Shown here one piece after another: positions 25,201 to 37,185 of a stretch of DNA of 64,000 bases. Location of the stretch: contig CAIIXF020000001.1 in the NCBI GenBank assembly GCA_903813345.2, positions 46,748,001-46,812,000 on the forward strand. Reading direction: 5' to 3'. Below the pieces are notes generated by a model. That model did no database searches. It was not told the origin of the DNA and worked only from the letters and a program-made list of their open reading frames with translations. Each line of letters begins with the position of its first letter. The first letter of the stretch is position 1. This DNA comes from Owenia fusiformis (Eukaryota). Made by a program: the position numbers and the translations under genes.

Positions 25201-28200
25201 ATTAGTATTTATATTTTATATAAGTTGCATGTGTGCTCTTTGAGGATGAGTGCTCTTTAATGAGAATGGTATTAGTTCTTATCCCATACACTCCATACAC
25301 TGTATCTCAAATTTAGTAAATATTTGAATTTATATTTATTTAGCTCTACATCAGCTCCACCAGCTCCTGAACCAATTTCTCCTGATGTTGAACCACTGGA
25401 ACATACATGTAAGAAAACCATCTTTATATATAAATTCATGGAGAATTCTTTGAAAATTGAATTAATTGATAATTGTAATAACAGATTCATTCTTTTGTTT
25501 CTATTGTTAATTGATACCATAAAACTGGAAACTTTGTGAACTGGCTGGACTTCTCCCTGAATATGTGACGTTAAAAGATGAGGACTAACCAAGAATTTTA
25601 AAAAGAACATCGTTACATAAAGATAGGTTCATTGAATTGTGGGTTATTCACCCTTCTAGTTTGTATAGCTAGTGTCCACAAAAATAGATTGCTTGTATAT
25701 GCATAATTAGATATTCATGACAAATATGGCAAAATAACGACAAAGTAATTGCATAAAATTACAGTAAATCTAACATTTAATTCTTCAGGTATTCATGGTT
25801 ATACAGTGAATAAGAGACTGTTTACTGTACCCATGAACACAAATGAAGAGGGCAAAAGTAGATGCCCTATCTGTAATAAGGAAAGAAAGGACCCAAATTC
25901 AGAATCCCCAGCCTTTGTCAGGTAAGGAGATATTTCAGTCATAATTTTATGGTCAACAAGGCATTAACATGTAAAATGTCACTACCTTCCACTTGTTGCC
26001 GACCACCACCACAATAAAATTGGAGACTATAGCATTTTGTTTTGCAAATCGAAGTGATTCCATATACATGTAGTTTTAGACCGTGTTTCTCTCACATTAC
26101 TTTACTTATGTAATTGAAACGAGTAGGTGATCTTTTTTCATTTTAATGCTTTGTGATGTTTATTAACAATTATTTTGACTGTCATCGAGTTCACTTGCAG
26201 CAAATTCAAGTATTACATAGCTGACATGTTTCAATACCCAGTTTCATAGCAATTGATATGGTCAAGCACAGAATTTCATTCTGTGTTTTCATAAACAACA
26301 AATTGTTCCTATCAGTTATTCTCATCTGGACTAGGCCTACCAAAACGATTTCTCCGAGTTCTTCTAAAATTCATCTAAAACTTACAATTAAAATTGTCTT
26401 GTATTTCAATTACTGTACTTGTAGGATCAGTATACCACGGTCGACCCTGCTGACCCCATATAGAGTGAAACCTCACAGGAGGAAAAGCTATGACCCAACT
26501 GACTCATGTGCTCTATCAGAGGTAGGTAATGCATAATTCAGAATTTCTATTTTATACACAGAAAGATGTCACTATAGTATGGTTGTATATCACAGCAGCT
26601 TTTAAACTTGTCGTCAGGGCTCAAGCATAATGACTTTTGCATTCAGGAGAAAATGTTTTAGAAAGGACTCATTGTAACCATTACATTAACAGGGAGCAAT
26701 TTGAAGGAGCAGATATTATGCATGTATTGTAACATTTTTATTTTCGTAAAACAACTCTGATAAAGAGCCATTGTAACAGATTTTTTCAGGTATTAAGCAT
26801 GGGCTTTCAATAGATTTATTGAATGCCCATGATAAGAGGCAGCAAATATTTTTCTCTAAGAACTGAAATTTCTCAGAGAAGTGATTTCCTTTTATGCAAG
26901 TTTAAGCAACAAATTTTTGCTCTGCTCTAGCTAATTATGAGCAATGCTGGTACATATACACAATGCTCTTACTTTATATGTAAATTGGTCTTTTATTGAT
27001 TGGTAAACTAGCCATAGTAATGATGATTTTAAGTTTACATTAGATACTATAATCTGTTTCTGTCAATAATGCCGAGCAACAGTTGATTGTTATTTTTTAA
27101 TGATTTTTTTATGTTTGAGAAGTGTTAATATGTATGTTCACATATCTCTATGTTATTAACTACAAACATTTGCAAATATTTATGCAATTGATAAATGAGT
27201 ATGGTGCATGTATACCAGGTCATTCTGTAGGTTTTCTAAACATCACTTTTATTTTTTCTGATTTTCAAAATTTTTCATTATTTAGGGGTCATGTTGGTGT
27301 TGACTTAGGCTAGAATAATTTGCCTTCAAACTATGGTTGTTAAATATTGAATTATATGAATAATGGATACCTTGTTCTTTGACATAATATACCATAATAC
27401 CATACTTTGATTAACCAAAGCGTGGGTTAATCACATCCTCCGAACGCAGGTTTCCATACGTCATCCACTTCCTTCTTCTAGCTAGAAGAAGGAGGTACGA
27501 GTTCTGGAGGCTTGGGTTTGGAGGATGGTAAATCAAAAAAGCCTTGCAATTCCATCTCCCTTTATGAGCAATGGTGGAAAGTGGAATCAGAAGCATATTG
27601 TGTATTGTTATTGTGTTGTATTACAGCATTGTTTGGCTGGTTGGGAATATATTGTGTATTGTTATTGTGTTGTATTACAGCATTGTTTGGCTGGTTGGGA
27701 ATATATTGTGTATTGTTATTGTGTTGTATTACAGCATTGTTTGGCTGGTTGGGAATATATTGTGTATTGTTATTGTGTTGTATTACAGCATTGTTTGGCT
27801 GGTTGGGAATATATTGTGTATTGTTATTGTGTTGTATTACAGCATTGTTTGGCTGGTTGGGAATATATTGTGTATTGTTATTGTGTTGTATTACAGCATT
27901 GTTTGGCTGGTTGGGAATATATTGTGTATTGTTATTGTGTTGTATTACAGCATTGTTTGGCTGGTTGGGAATATATTGTGTATTGTTATTGTGTTGTATT
28001 ACAGCATTGTTTGGCTGGTTGGGAATATATTGTGTATTGTTATTGTGTTGTGTTACAGCATTGTTTGGCTGGTTGGGAGTGCTCCAAGCCTTCTATGCTA
28101 CCCAGAGCTTCAACTGTGGATCTCAGACAAGCTGCTGATGGTATCAAAACCAAACTGTCTACAGTAAGAAACCACCTATTCAAACCTACTTAAAGAATAC

Positions 28201-28897
28201 GTTTTAACATTGTTGATTGTTCAGCATTTTGCCAAAATAAATGTTTTCATTTGAACTTCCACCTCATGAAAATGCCATTTTCATGAAAGGATTACACACA
28301 CATGAGTACAACGTTAGAAACAAATACTAAAATCCTACTAAATACAAATAGTATTGCATGTGTGCCACTGACAAAAAGATAAATAAGCAATGATGGAATG
28401 CCATAATTAATACCTCATGTATTTGTAGTTAGATGCTCATTATTAATACAATGCATATTACACACTACAAATGTTCAATGATGCAGAGCTTTTTTAGATA
28501 TTTTATAGTTTATACATGGTCTTTAGTCCTGTATGAGTATGGAATAGATATTATTTCTAATCCAAGCAAACAACATATATGGTATATTTATTTTAATATT
28601 TTAGCTTTTTTGATTTTGTAATGACCGATGGAAGAAACATAACAGCATTTTCATATTTTTCAGACTCTTCTTGAAGCAGAAATATTAGCCAAAGATTCAA
28701 CAAAACAATACCGAGTTCCTATAGCAACACCATCGCCTAGAAACACAATGTATGATCTCCGTAGCAACAATAGTATCATCACAGATGACTTACTGAACAC
28801 AACACATAGCTTGAGATATCAAATGCAACGCATGGAACAGGATAGGAAGATCAGGAATAAGATAAATCAATCAAGAAATCATTCAATGAAACTTTGA
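22215..28897 (+). CDS. MIIP: Migration and invasion-inhibitory protein (MIIP)-like, ~607 aa when the last acceptor of the array is used
   Basis: Exons 22215-22942, 23147-23303, 23472-23631, 24089-24233, 25344-25408, 25789-25921, 26425-26521, 28059-28163, 28664-28897 total 1824 nt in frame. MIIP-like motifs QPLLGYDFIAG, YFENLKEFRRVNKEDC, HTCIHGYTVNKRLFTVP, RISIP...HRRKSYDPTDSCALSEHCLAGWE. Confidence 0.82.
24462..24904. mobile_element. MITE with CAC termini (CMC/Chapaev-like)
   Basis: ~42-bp TIR CACGCC.GGTGATCGTGAAAATGGGACGGAGGGGGGAGCAAG, with TTTT on both flanks. Confidence 0.7.
27595..28078 (+). repeat. Nine-copy 54-bp tandem repeat spanning a MIIP intron-exon junction
   Basis: Unit ATATTGTGTATTGTTATTGTGTTGTATTACAG|CATTGTTTGGCTGGTTGGGAAT. 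Exon starts at 27627, 27681, 27735, 27789, 27843, 27897, 27951, 28005 and 28059. One A>G variant in the last unit. Confidence 0.95.
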
Positions 28898-28993
28898 ACT
28901 GGATACAAATCAAAAATTGGCCTGAGACTGTGGTGTGATAAAAACACTGAGAAAAGAGTGTGCTGTGATAAAAACGCTGAGAAACTGTATATT

Positions 28994-29091
28994 CACATCG
29001 GAATAGCCTGACAACGGTAAAGTCAGATACCATTGTCACAAATGGTGGACATAACTGTCTGACTTAACCGTTGTCAGACTATTCCGGTGTG
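28994..29091. mobile_element. 98-bp Transib-like mini-MITE in the MIIP 3' region
   Basis: CAC...GTG termini with a ~34-bp imperfect TIR. 5-bp TSD ATATT at 28989-28993 and 29092-29096. Confidence 0.7.
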
Positions 29092-30107
29092 ATATTCAGT
29101 ATAACTGTATGTTAACCAGAGTGAAACTCTTAATTTTTACTTGGATTAAGATATGGTGCTTGTCTACTTTGGTTGTCAAGCAATAAATGAAACAAAAACA
29201 CAAAAATCAAAATAAAATGAATTTTTTCAGCAAGTATGAAATGAATCATATTTAAAAGAGAATGACAATTTTATATTTGTGTATTTTTATTTCATTTATT
29301 GTGTAGCCCAAAGGACCATTGTTATGTTCTCTCTAATACCAATCCAAGTTGAGGATTCTGCTACTCTAAATAACTAATTTTGAAAGCTTAATTTTTGCCT
29401 TCCCTAATTTAGCTTGAATCATTTTTTTCTGTATTAGTTTATTTTTTATGAATCACTTTGAAAAACAGTTTGTTAATAGTCTCCCAGGAGGTCTTTCAGG
29501 GGTTCCATTAGCAGTAGGTAACAGAAAGACTTGTCTGGCAAGTTGTTATGAAAAATTCGAATAAATCCCTTTGATACCCCTCCCTTGCTGAATGCAGTCT
29601 CATGTTTCACACTATAATTCTCCATATTTGTAATAGACTGATAGACCATTCCAGTAAATCTGCCACCTATTGGGTACAATGTCATTCTTTCAGTTTCAGG
29701 GAAGAAATAGGATTAACTTGTTTGTGGGTAAATTTCAAAACATTTTGTACATTTTGTACATTTTGTGTACACACATTGCAAAATATGACGTCATACATTC
29801 AGCCAATAAACATTAGTTGCCAGCTCACCAAAAATGGTCAGGATGTATTGGAACTATTGGTCTACTGTTTAGGATGTGAGTAGTGGAAAAAATAATAGGA
29901 TATTTTTAATCTTATCATCCAAAAACAAGCAGAAATTAATTAATCAGAATAGCAATGAACAAAATTGCTTAGAAATTAGCACGAAACATTTGAAACGACC
30001 TCTAAAAAGCATGTCATTGATGTTTGCACAAGATTGTATATACAATATAAGTACTGAATTAAAGATTTAATAAGTTATTCAATATTCAATGGTTTACTTG
30101 TTTATAT

Positions 30108-31213
30108 TAGTACCCCGGACAGGTTGTATGATGCAGTCATTTTTTTACTCTATATTTGCAATAGAACAACCATTCTTATCAAAATTTTCATATGTTATTC
30201 TGGAGACAATTTCCAACATGGAAAAAAAATATTTTAACGAAATTCCCAATTTTATGATTTTGACAGGCTTTTTTCAAAAACACTACACTGTCAATAAAAT
30301 ACAGGTTTTTGCTTGAACAATTGAACTTTTAACGTCATTTCAAATATTGTCTGGCTATTGAATTTTCGGCCGCCTAAAGTCTTTCCAGATATATCTGTTG
30401 CCATATTAATAACTATGGCTGATTATTGTTATTCACTTGAGTCATATTCAATATTATTACAGTGGACCAGGACAATAAAAACTTGTTGCTCTGGGTCTTG
30501 TTTTGTGAAATGTTCCCTAGATTGAGCCCAGATAGAGGAGGTCAATCTTCTTGTCCACGGACATGAGTTCAACCCGATTCGAACTGTTCAATACTGTCCA
30601 AAATGAAGTAAAACATTACGAATCTCCAATTTCAAGTATTCTTGGCATTAGATCCTTCAGATATGTTAATATAGCTGTGTCAAATTTTATCATGAAATTG
30701 TCAGGGAGACCTGACATTTTAAAAGCATGGTACAATTTACGTGCCATGGGCTTGCATGCTGAGTGATGGTGGCGGAAAAAACCAGTGGAGAAAAAGGTGC
30801 GTTATCAGAGGAAACATGACTCAGAGTGACAAGTTTTTCATTGGCCTAATGCACTGTAACAATATTAGGCCTATTGAATATGACAAAAATAAATAACAAT
30901 AATCAGCCATAATTAATATGGCATCAAATACATCTGGAAAGACTTTAGGCTGCCAAAAATTCAATAACTAGACAATCTTTGAAATGAAATTAAAAGTTTA
31001 ATTGTTCAAGCTAAACCTGTATTTTATTGACAGTGGAGTGTTTTTGAAAAAAGCCTATCAAAATCATAAAATTAGGAATTTCGTTAAAATATTTTTTTTC
31101 CATGTTGGAAATTGTCTCTAGATTAAAATATGAAAATTTTAATAAGAATGGTTGTTCTATTGCAAATATAGAGTAAAAAAACGACTGCATCATACAACCT
31201 GTCCGGGGTACTA
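30108..31213. mobile_element. Long-TIR non-autonomous element, Academ-like
   Basis: TAGTACCCCGGACAGGTTGTATGATGCAGTC...GACTGCATCATACAACCTGTCCGGGGTACTA with ~360-bp TIRs. TAG termini and a 3-bp TAT on both flanks. Confidence 0.8.
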
Positions 31214-31245
31214 TATAACTGAAATGATTGTTCTTTCGATTTAGA

Positions 31246-31472
31246 CCAGTGTGAAAGAAATTATGGTCCCCGGGGATTATGGTCCCCCTTCTTAACGGCC
31301 TGTGTAACACCTGTGTAAAAGGGTAGGTGGTACTATCAAATTTTGGTCCTACTCTCTATTGATTTACATGGCGACCTATTTACAATTATTTTTCCTTATT
31401 ATTTATACACAGTAGGGGCCGTAAGGAAAGGGGACCATAATCCCCAGAGCACCATAATTTCTTTTACACTGG
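31246..31472. mobile_element. Small MITE, unclassified
   Basis: ~55-bp TIR CCAGTGT(G/A)AAAGAAATTATGGT...ACCATAATTTCTTTTACACTGG. Confidence 0.7.
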
Positions 31473-31642
31473 CATTGCCTGCTTATTTTGAACTGGGAAC
31501 ATGAGTTTTTGTATTAATGTAAATTATTTATGGAAGTTGAAATTCACGAAGTTGAAAGATTTTATGTATCATTCTCATATTTATTTCAAGTATTCTGTTC
31601 TATACATCATGTTAGTGGTAAATTGGCCATCTACAGTTCTTA

Positions 31643-33763
31643 TTATTCACAAATACAATGTGTAGCAGGGCAGTTTCCAATAGCACAGTTGTCTATGCAC
31701 CACTGGTCCATTCCCGGACCTGCGTATTCTTCGGTTGCATAACACGTTCCTGTTGCAGATGTAGTTGTTCCAGCTGCTACTGTTGTTGTTGCTCCAGCTG
31801 TTGTTGTTGTTCCAGTTGTTGTTGTAGCAGTGGTCCAGGAAGTTGGAGTTGTATCAACTGTGGTTGTCGTACCAGTCGTAGCAACTGGGTCATTCGAACC
31901 TACACTTATATCGGAGCAACCATAAAACTCTTCTTGGGGTCCACATCCAACACATTCTGTGCCATCTGGGTCAATGCCCCAACTGTTGGCTAGGATTAGA
32001 CAGAAGAATGATTAATGCTTATGAGCATAAGTTTAATTCTTATATTAAATGAGTACACATGCATATTATCTGAGACTAACATATTTTATGATAGTCCCAG
32101 ATATTACTTTATATTGGAAGCTACATGATGGACTCTACTGATATAACATTGTTCATTTTTCATCAAAATGTGTTTAGTATGCTTGCCAAAATATTCTCTT
32201 CCGGGGTTGAATGACTTTTACTTGGACTGAATGACATTTACTAATGCATTTATAAGTACATGATCGCTGGGAGAACAAGGACCACAAGGGAGGGGTTGAG
32301 GAGTTCACAAATGATTCAGCTAAAACAGCACTTCATAACTTAATTCATGATTTAAAACACAAACCCGTCTTGTATCTCCACTGAAGAACGCATTGAGAGC
32401 AGGATAACCCAGATGGCAGTTGGACAGACACCGTGTAATTCCTCTTTAAGTCATCGGGGACATAAAACCTACATTCATATATATTAATATTGTATATTAA
32501 ATGTGTTTTTGGTCGTTGGGAGAGCTGTTTATTTGGATGTATACAATTTTGCCAAATGATCTGATATAACATGATTGAATGCGCATATCTGACTATTAGA
32601 TATATACTGTAGCTTGTAATATACACAACGTGTTGCCATTGAAAGAAACCAAAGAGCAATGAAATTGGAGCATTTAAAGCCCATAATTCGGGAAACTCAC
32701 CTCGTGTCAGAGGTCCCAGCAATGGTTAAAAGGTTCTGGTCGAGACAATCATGCGTGATGACTTTGGTGACATTGTTATTGACACAGAGACGATACTCAA
32801 AGAAACCCCAATGGTTGGCTGTCAGTTCAACAGTCACATCGAAGACGCTCCCCACCTTTGATAATATCATGCACATTATGGAGGTAGATGTCATGAAAAT
32901 AGAGGGCGAATATTTTCACATTTGGCTCTAGTGTTATGTTTATGCCAGATTTGTAAACGTACCTCGTAATTTGCGACAATGATTCCATTAGCATAAGTTC
33001 CACCAGCTTCATTTGGCCACGGTCCGTCCCAGGGATCACCACACACTCCACACTTTCCGTCATTCACGTTTTGTTGATGCTAAAGCAACATACATTTCGT
33101 CACTACACGTATTCCCTCATAAATTAAGTCCCCAATGTAATTGATTCGCTGGCTAGGAAAATTCGTGATCTGCGACGATCGATTATGATTAATACATGGG
33201 CTTTCAACATGTGGATTAATACTATCGGCTGTTTGATTTTCTTGTTCAATCATCTTGCATTTAGTGGAAGAGGGGCTTATCTAATTCACATAATATAAAG
33301 AAACATTGTTACCCCGAATCCTCCACAGAAAAGTTCGTTGTCATTATAGTTCACTGGATTATCGTAGCCCCATCTGAATAAGGTTGATCGTCCCGATGGC
33401 CACCACAATCTGAAGTACAAGTTTCAACCAATTCTAGTTATTATCAAGATAATATCTTCAATACAAAATACTTTTTTGACGAATGCGGTAAGTAAGACAT
33501 TAGTATATGTCAATTATTGTTATGGTCTCGTTTTTGTGCTTTGATGCCAAATTTGAAAATATAAAGTGAATCGTCGCCCAAGGGGTCAACATCTCTGAAT
33601 AGGAGGATAAGACTATTTTCTTGATATACATTACTGGAAATCTCTGAATCTTTCTCCATTGACTCATCTCATTCTATGTACTTTAAAATCATAACGGTTC
33701 AACATACCTTCCATGTCCATCGACGGATACAACCAAAATGGCTATAATGCAGAACACCTTCAT
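31643..33763 (-). CDS. Secreted AA15-type lytic polysaccharide monooxygenase (chitin-binding type-4 domain), paralog 1, ~291 aa
   Basis: Exons 33763-33708, 33409-33313, 33079-32963, 32855-32701, 32468-32365, 31989-31643. Signal peptide MKVFCIIAILVVSVDG is followed by His1 (HGR). Motifs NYNDNELFCGGF, GKCGVCGDPW, ELTANHWGFFEYRLC, LPSGLSCSQCVLQWRY, ANSWG, GCGPQEEFYGCSD. Thr-rich linker and Cys-rich tail. Confidence 0.92.
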
Positions 33764-33792
33764 ACTGTTGACCTCACTGTTAAAGTGAAAGA

Positions 33793-33800
33793 CTTATATA
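33793..33800 (-). promoter_or_regulatory. Candidate TATA box of LPMO paralog 1
   Basis: TATATAAG on the minus strand ~30 bp upstream of the ATG. Confidence 0.4.
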
Positions 33801-34259
33801 AGGTTGAGAACAGGGCAGCGGATGTACTTTAATGTATTATATGACTTCACCATCTGGGCGGGCCTCAACAACACGGCAATTTTTGATTTATTTCTGATAA
33901 TAACGAATTTGAATTTTATCAATGCCAGAATATAATTAGGCCTAATATTAAAGTTTTATTACTTTTTTGACTGATAATAATTTTTGACTTGCCCTTGGTA
34001 CAACATACCAAATAATTTCTTCGCGTGAAAATACCTCCTCGACCTTCTTCTATTGACATTTTTCTGACCAAAAACAAAAAGTTTTACATCTATCACATAA
34101 TTTTCTTATTGAGCATTCACTTCAACCACCTTTTTTATTTCTCTGTCAAAGATATTAGGAAGCGATGGATGTGTTTTTATTCCATTTATACTCCAAAAAG
34201 AAAGTAAATATCCGACTGAATATTATAAAATATTTTTCATTTTATTTATACACAGTTAG

Positions 34260-36825
34260 TTACAACCAAGTTACACAGTAACAATGTGAAGCAGGGCAGT
34301 TTCCAATGGCACAGTTGTCTATGCACCATTGGTCCATTCCAGGACTTGACGCATAAAGCTCGGTTGGATAACATCCAGACTCAAGAGCAGACGTAGTTCC
34401 TGATCCAGCTGTGGTTGTAGTTGAGGCAGCTGTGGAGGTAGTTAGGGCAGCTGTGGTTGTAGTTGGGGCAGCTGTGGTTGTAGTTGGGGCAGCTGTGGTT
34501 GTAGTTTGGACAGCTGTGGTTGTAGTTGGAGCAGTGGTTGTTGTCCAGGCAGTCGAAGTTGTATCAACTGTTGTAGTCGTACCAGTGGTAGCAACTGGGT
34601 CATCAAAACCTATGCTTATATCAGAGCAGCCGTAGAACTCCTCCTGTGGGCCACAACCAGTACACTGAGTACCATCAGGGTCAGTTCCCCAACTGTTTGC
34701 TAGTGACATGTAATCAAATATAAGTGATGATAACTGGATTAAACACCAGCGTTGTAAACTTGGGTCAGCTCCACTACCAGTGAATACGAAATGAATGCCA
34801 CAAGAAACTAAGATCAACTTCTAGACAAACACTCATATTTTACGTACGAATAGGCCAGAGCGGTCGGGATAATTTGTATGGCTGGACTGTCACGGTGACA
34901 GTGTCACCACATTTTAAGTGTTAATAGTAGGACTGACATCGTGTCTCTCCGGCATTCACATAACCTATCACTAGACTTGAGGCCAGCTACAAATGTATTT
35001 GAGGCCAGCTACATGAATGTATTTGTGACCAGCTACAAATGTATTTGTGGCCAGCTACAAATGTATTTAAGGCCAGCTACAAATGTATTTGAGGCCAGCT
35101 ACATATGTATTTGAGGCCAGCTACATATGTATTTGAGGCCAGCTACAAATGTATTTGAGGCCAGCTACAAATGTGTGAGGCCAGCTAAAAATGTATTTGG
35201 GGCCAGCTACAAATGTATTTGAGGCCAGCATCCATAACTTCAATGAACACAAGACAATGTAAGATGAAAATGGCCAATTTTGGCACCAGTATGATAGAAA
35301 CTAATTGTTCTGACATCAGGGACATACCTGTCTTGTATCTCCACTGAAGAACGCACTGAGAGCAGGATAACCCAGATGGCAGTTGGACAGACACCGTGTA
35401 ATTCCTCTTCAAGTCATCAGGGACATACCACCTATATATATTTATAATCCCTCAACACCATCTGACCTTGTATTCGCGAATAGTACTTGCCACTATTCTA
35501 TTCATATTAAAATGAATTGGTCATAAAATAGTATCGTAGGTTAATCCGGTAGCCGACAGCCAAAAGTTGCATTCGCAAATACATGCATTTTGTAATCCAC
35601 CTATTTTCAGCTTAATAGTACCATTTGAAAAAGATCAGGGCCAGTGACGTCATTCTGGATGCTCAGGGGCTCTCTTCTGAATACTAAAACTTTTTTTGTT
35701 CAGAGAAAGAAACTAACCTAGTGTCAGAGGTCCCAGCGATGGTTAAAAGGTTCTGGTTGAGACAATCGTGCGTGATGGTTCTGGTGACGTCGTTATTGAC
35801 ACAGAGACGATACTCGAAGAAACCTTTATGGTTGGCTGTCAGCTCAACAGTCACATCAAAGACGCTCCCCACCTTTGAAAATGTAAGTGTACATCATAAA
35901 GCAACGTGCCAAGAGAATATACTTTGGGATCACGCTGTTGTGGTTAATTCCAGTACCCGCCGAAGCATACCTCATAATTTGCGACAATGATTCCATTAGC
36001 ATAAGTTCCACCAGCTTCATTTGGCCACGGTCCGTCCCAGGGATCACCACACACTCCACACTTTCCGTCGTTCACGTTTTGTTGGTGCTAAAACAACATA
36101 CAGTTCGTCAATACACGTATCCTACCTGATTTAAATGTGCTTCGCTGGCTAGAAAATTGAGCTTGAGTCGCTTATCTAATGCACATATCTTGAAGAAACA
36201 ATGTTATTCACCCCGAATCCTCCACAGAACAGTTCATTGTCATTGTAATTAGGTGGGTTATCGTAGCCCCATCTAAATAGGGTTGATCGTCCCGAAGGCC
36301 ACCACAATCTAAATTATAAGTTATAGCAAGGATGAAGAAGGTCCAAGAGTGTCCGATGGATTAGGAAAGGAATTTTCAAAAGATTAAGAAAACTACATGG
36401 ATTTCAGCTTATGCCTTGATTAAAGTTTACATGAAATTACAAAAAGTGGCGTGTCACTTTTCAATAATATAAACTCCTATAGAAATACAATAATTTTTTA
36501 AATTGTTTAGTCACCTACATAACATAACATAATTAGCTCAAAGTTTGAATGGCCTAATATACGGGTGTCGAATACAGTCCTATTTGTTCTTACGGACAGC
36601 GGAGACTTCAACAATGCAATCGCAATGATGTAACAATCAATCATTCGATACCATCCAACCATCAAAAGCTTAAAACGACTCCGAATAAGCACTTATTGAT
36701 TCATGCCTCATATATAGGACACACGTTTTTATGACATATATGGTATCAAGTCCCTACCTTCCATGTCCTGCCACAGACACAACAAATATGGCAATGAGGC
36801 ACACTAACACAACACGTATCTTCAT
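34260..36825 (-). CDS. Secreted AA15-type lytic polysaccharide monooxygenase, paralog 2, ~326 aa
   Basis: Exons 36825-36758, 36308-36212, 36087-35971, 35872-35718, 35431-35328, 34699-34260. Signal peptide MKIRVVLVCLIAIFVVSVAG then HGR. Motifs ELTANHKGFFEYRLC and GCGPQEEFYGCSD. Longer (AAPTTTT)n linker. Same intron positions as paralog 1. Confidence 0.92.
34977..35229. repeat. Minisatellite, ~22-bp unit, ~11 copies, in the last intron of LPMO paralog 2
   Basis: GAGGCCAGCTACAAATGTATTT repeated with small variants. Confidence 0.92.
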
Positions 36826-37185
36826 TTGAATTGATCAGATCGGGGTCCTACAAAGCTGTTCTGTACGACTCAACTCTTCAAAGCAGGGTGTGTTCATATT
36901 ATTCTTCAGGCTTCTGGGGTTTGATTTATTCGTTTTTTGATAAAACGTATGTTATCAGAAGTCAATATATAAAAACAGCAAAATCAGTAAATCAAAACTT
37001 AGGTCACATGCAAGACATCTATCATGACCATTGATGTGAATCCAAAGAACAATCTTGGATTTTCAGAGAATCTTGGAATTAAACTCATAATCGTCTGACA
37101 GTGGGGAGGGTCAATTGATAGTCTTGGTAAGTTTCTTAAATCGGATTTGTATTGTTGTAACAGGTTTTGTTTTACACAGGCCTGC

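Noticed and set aside
27512..28193. Three overlapping ~200-aa repetitive ORFs as independent genes
   Set aside because: They are the three stop-free frames of the 54-bp repeat. Only the HCLAGWE frame connects to MIIP.
31658..31993. Cys-rich, metallothionein-looking plus-strand ORF (and the Val/Ala-rich ORF 34411-34635)
   Set aside because: These are antisense readings of the Thr-rich LPMO linkers.
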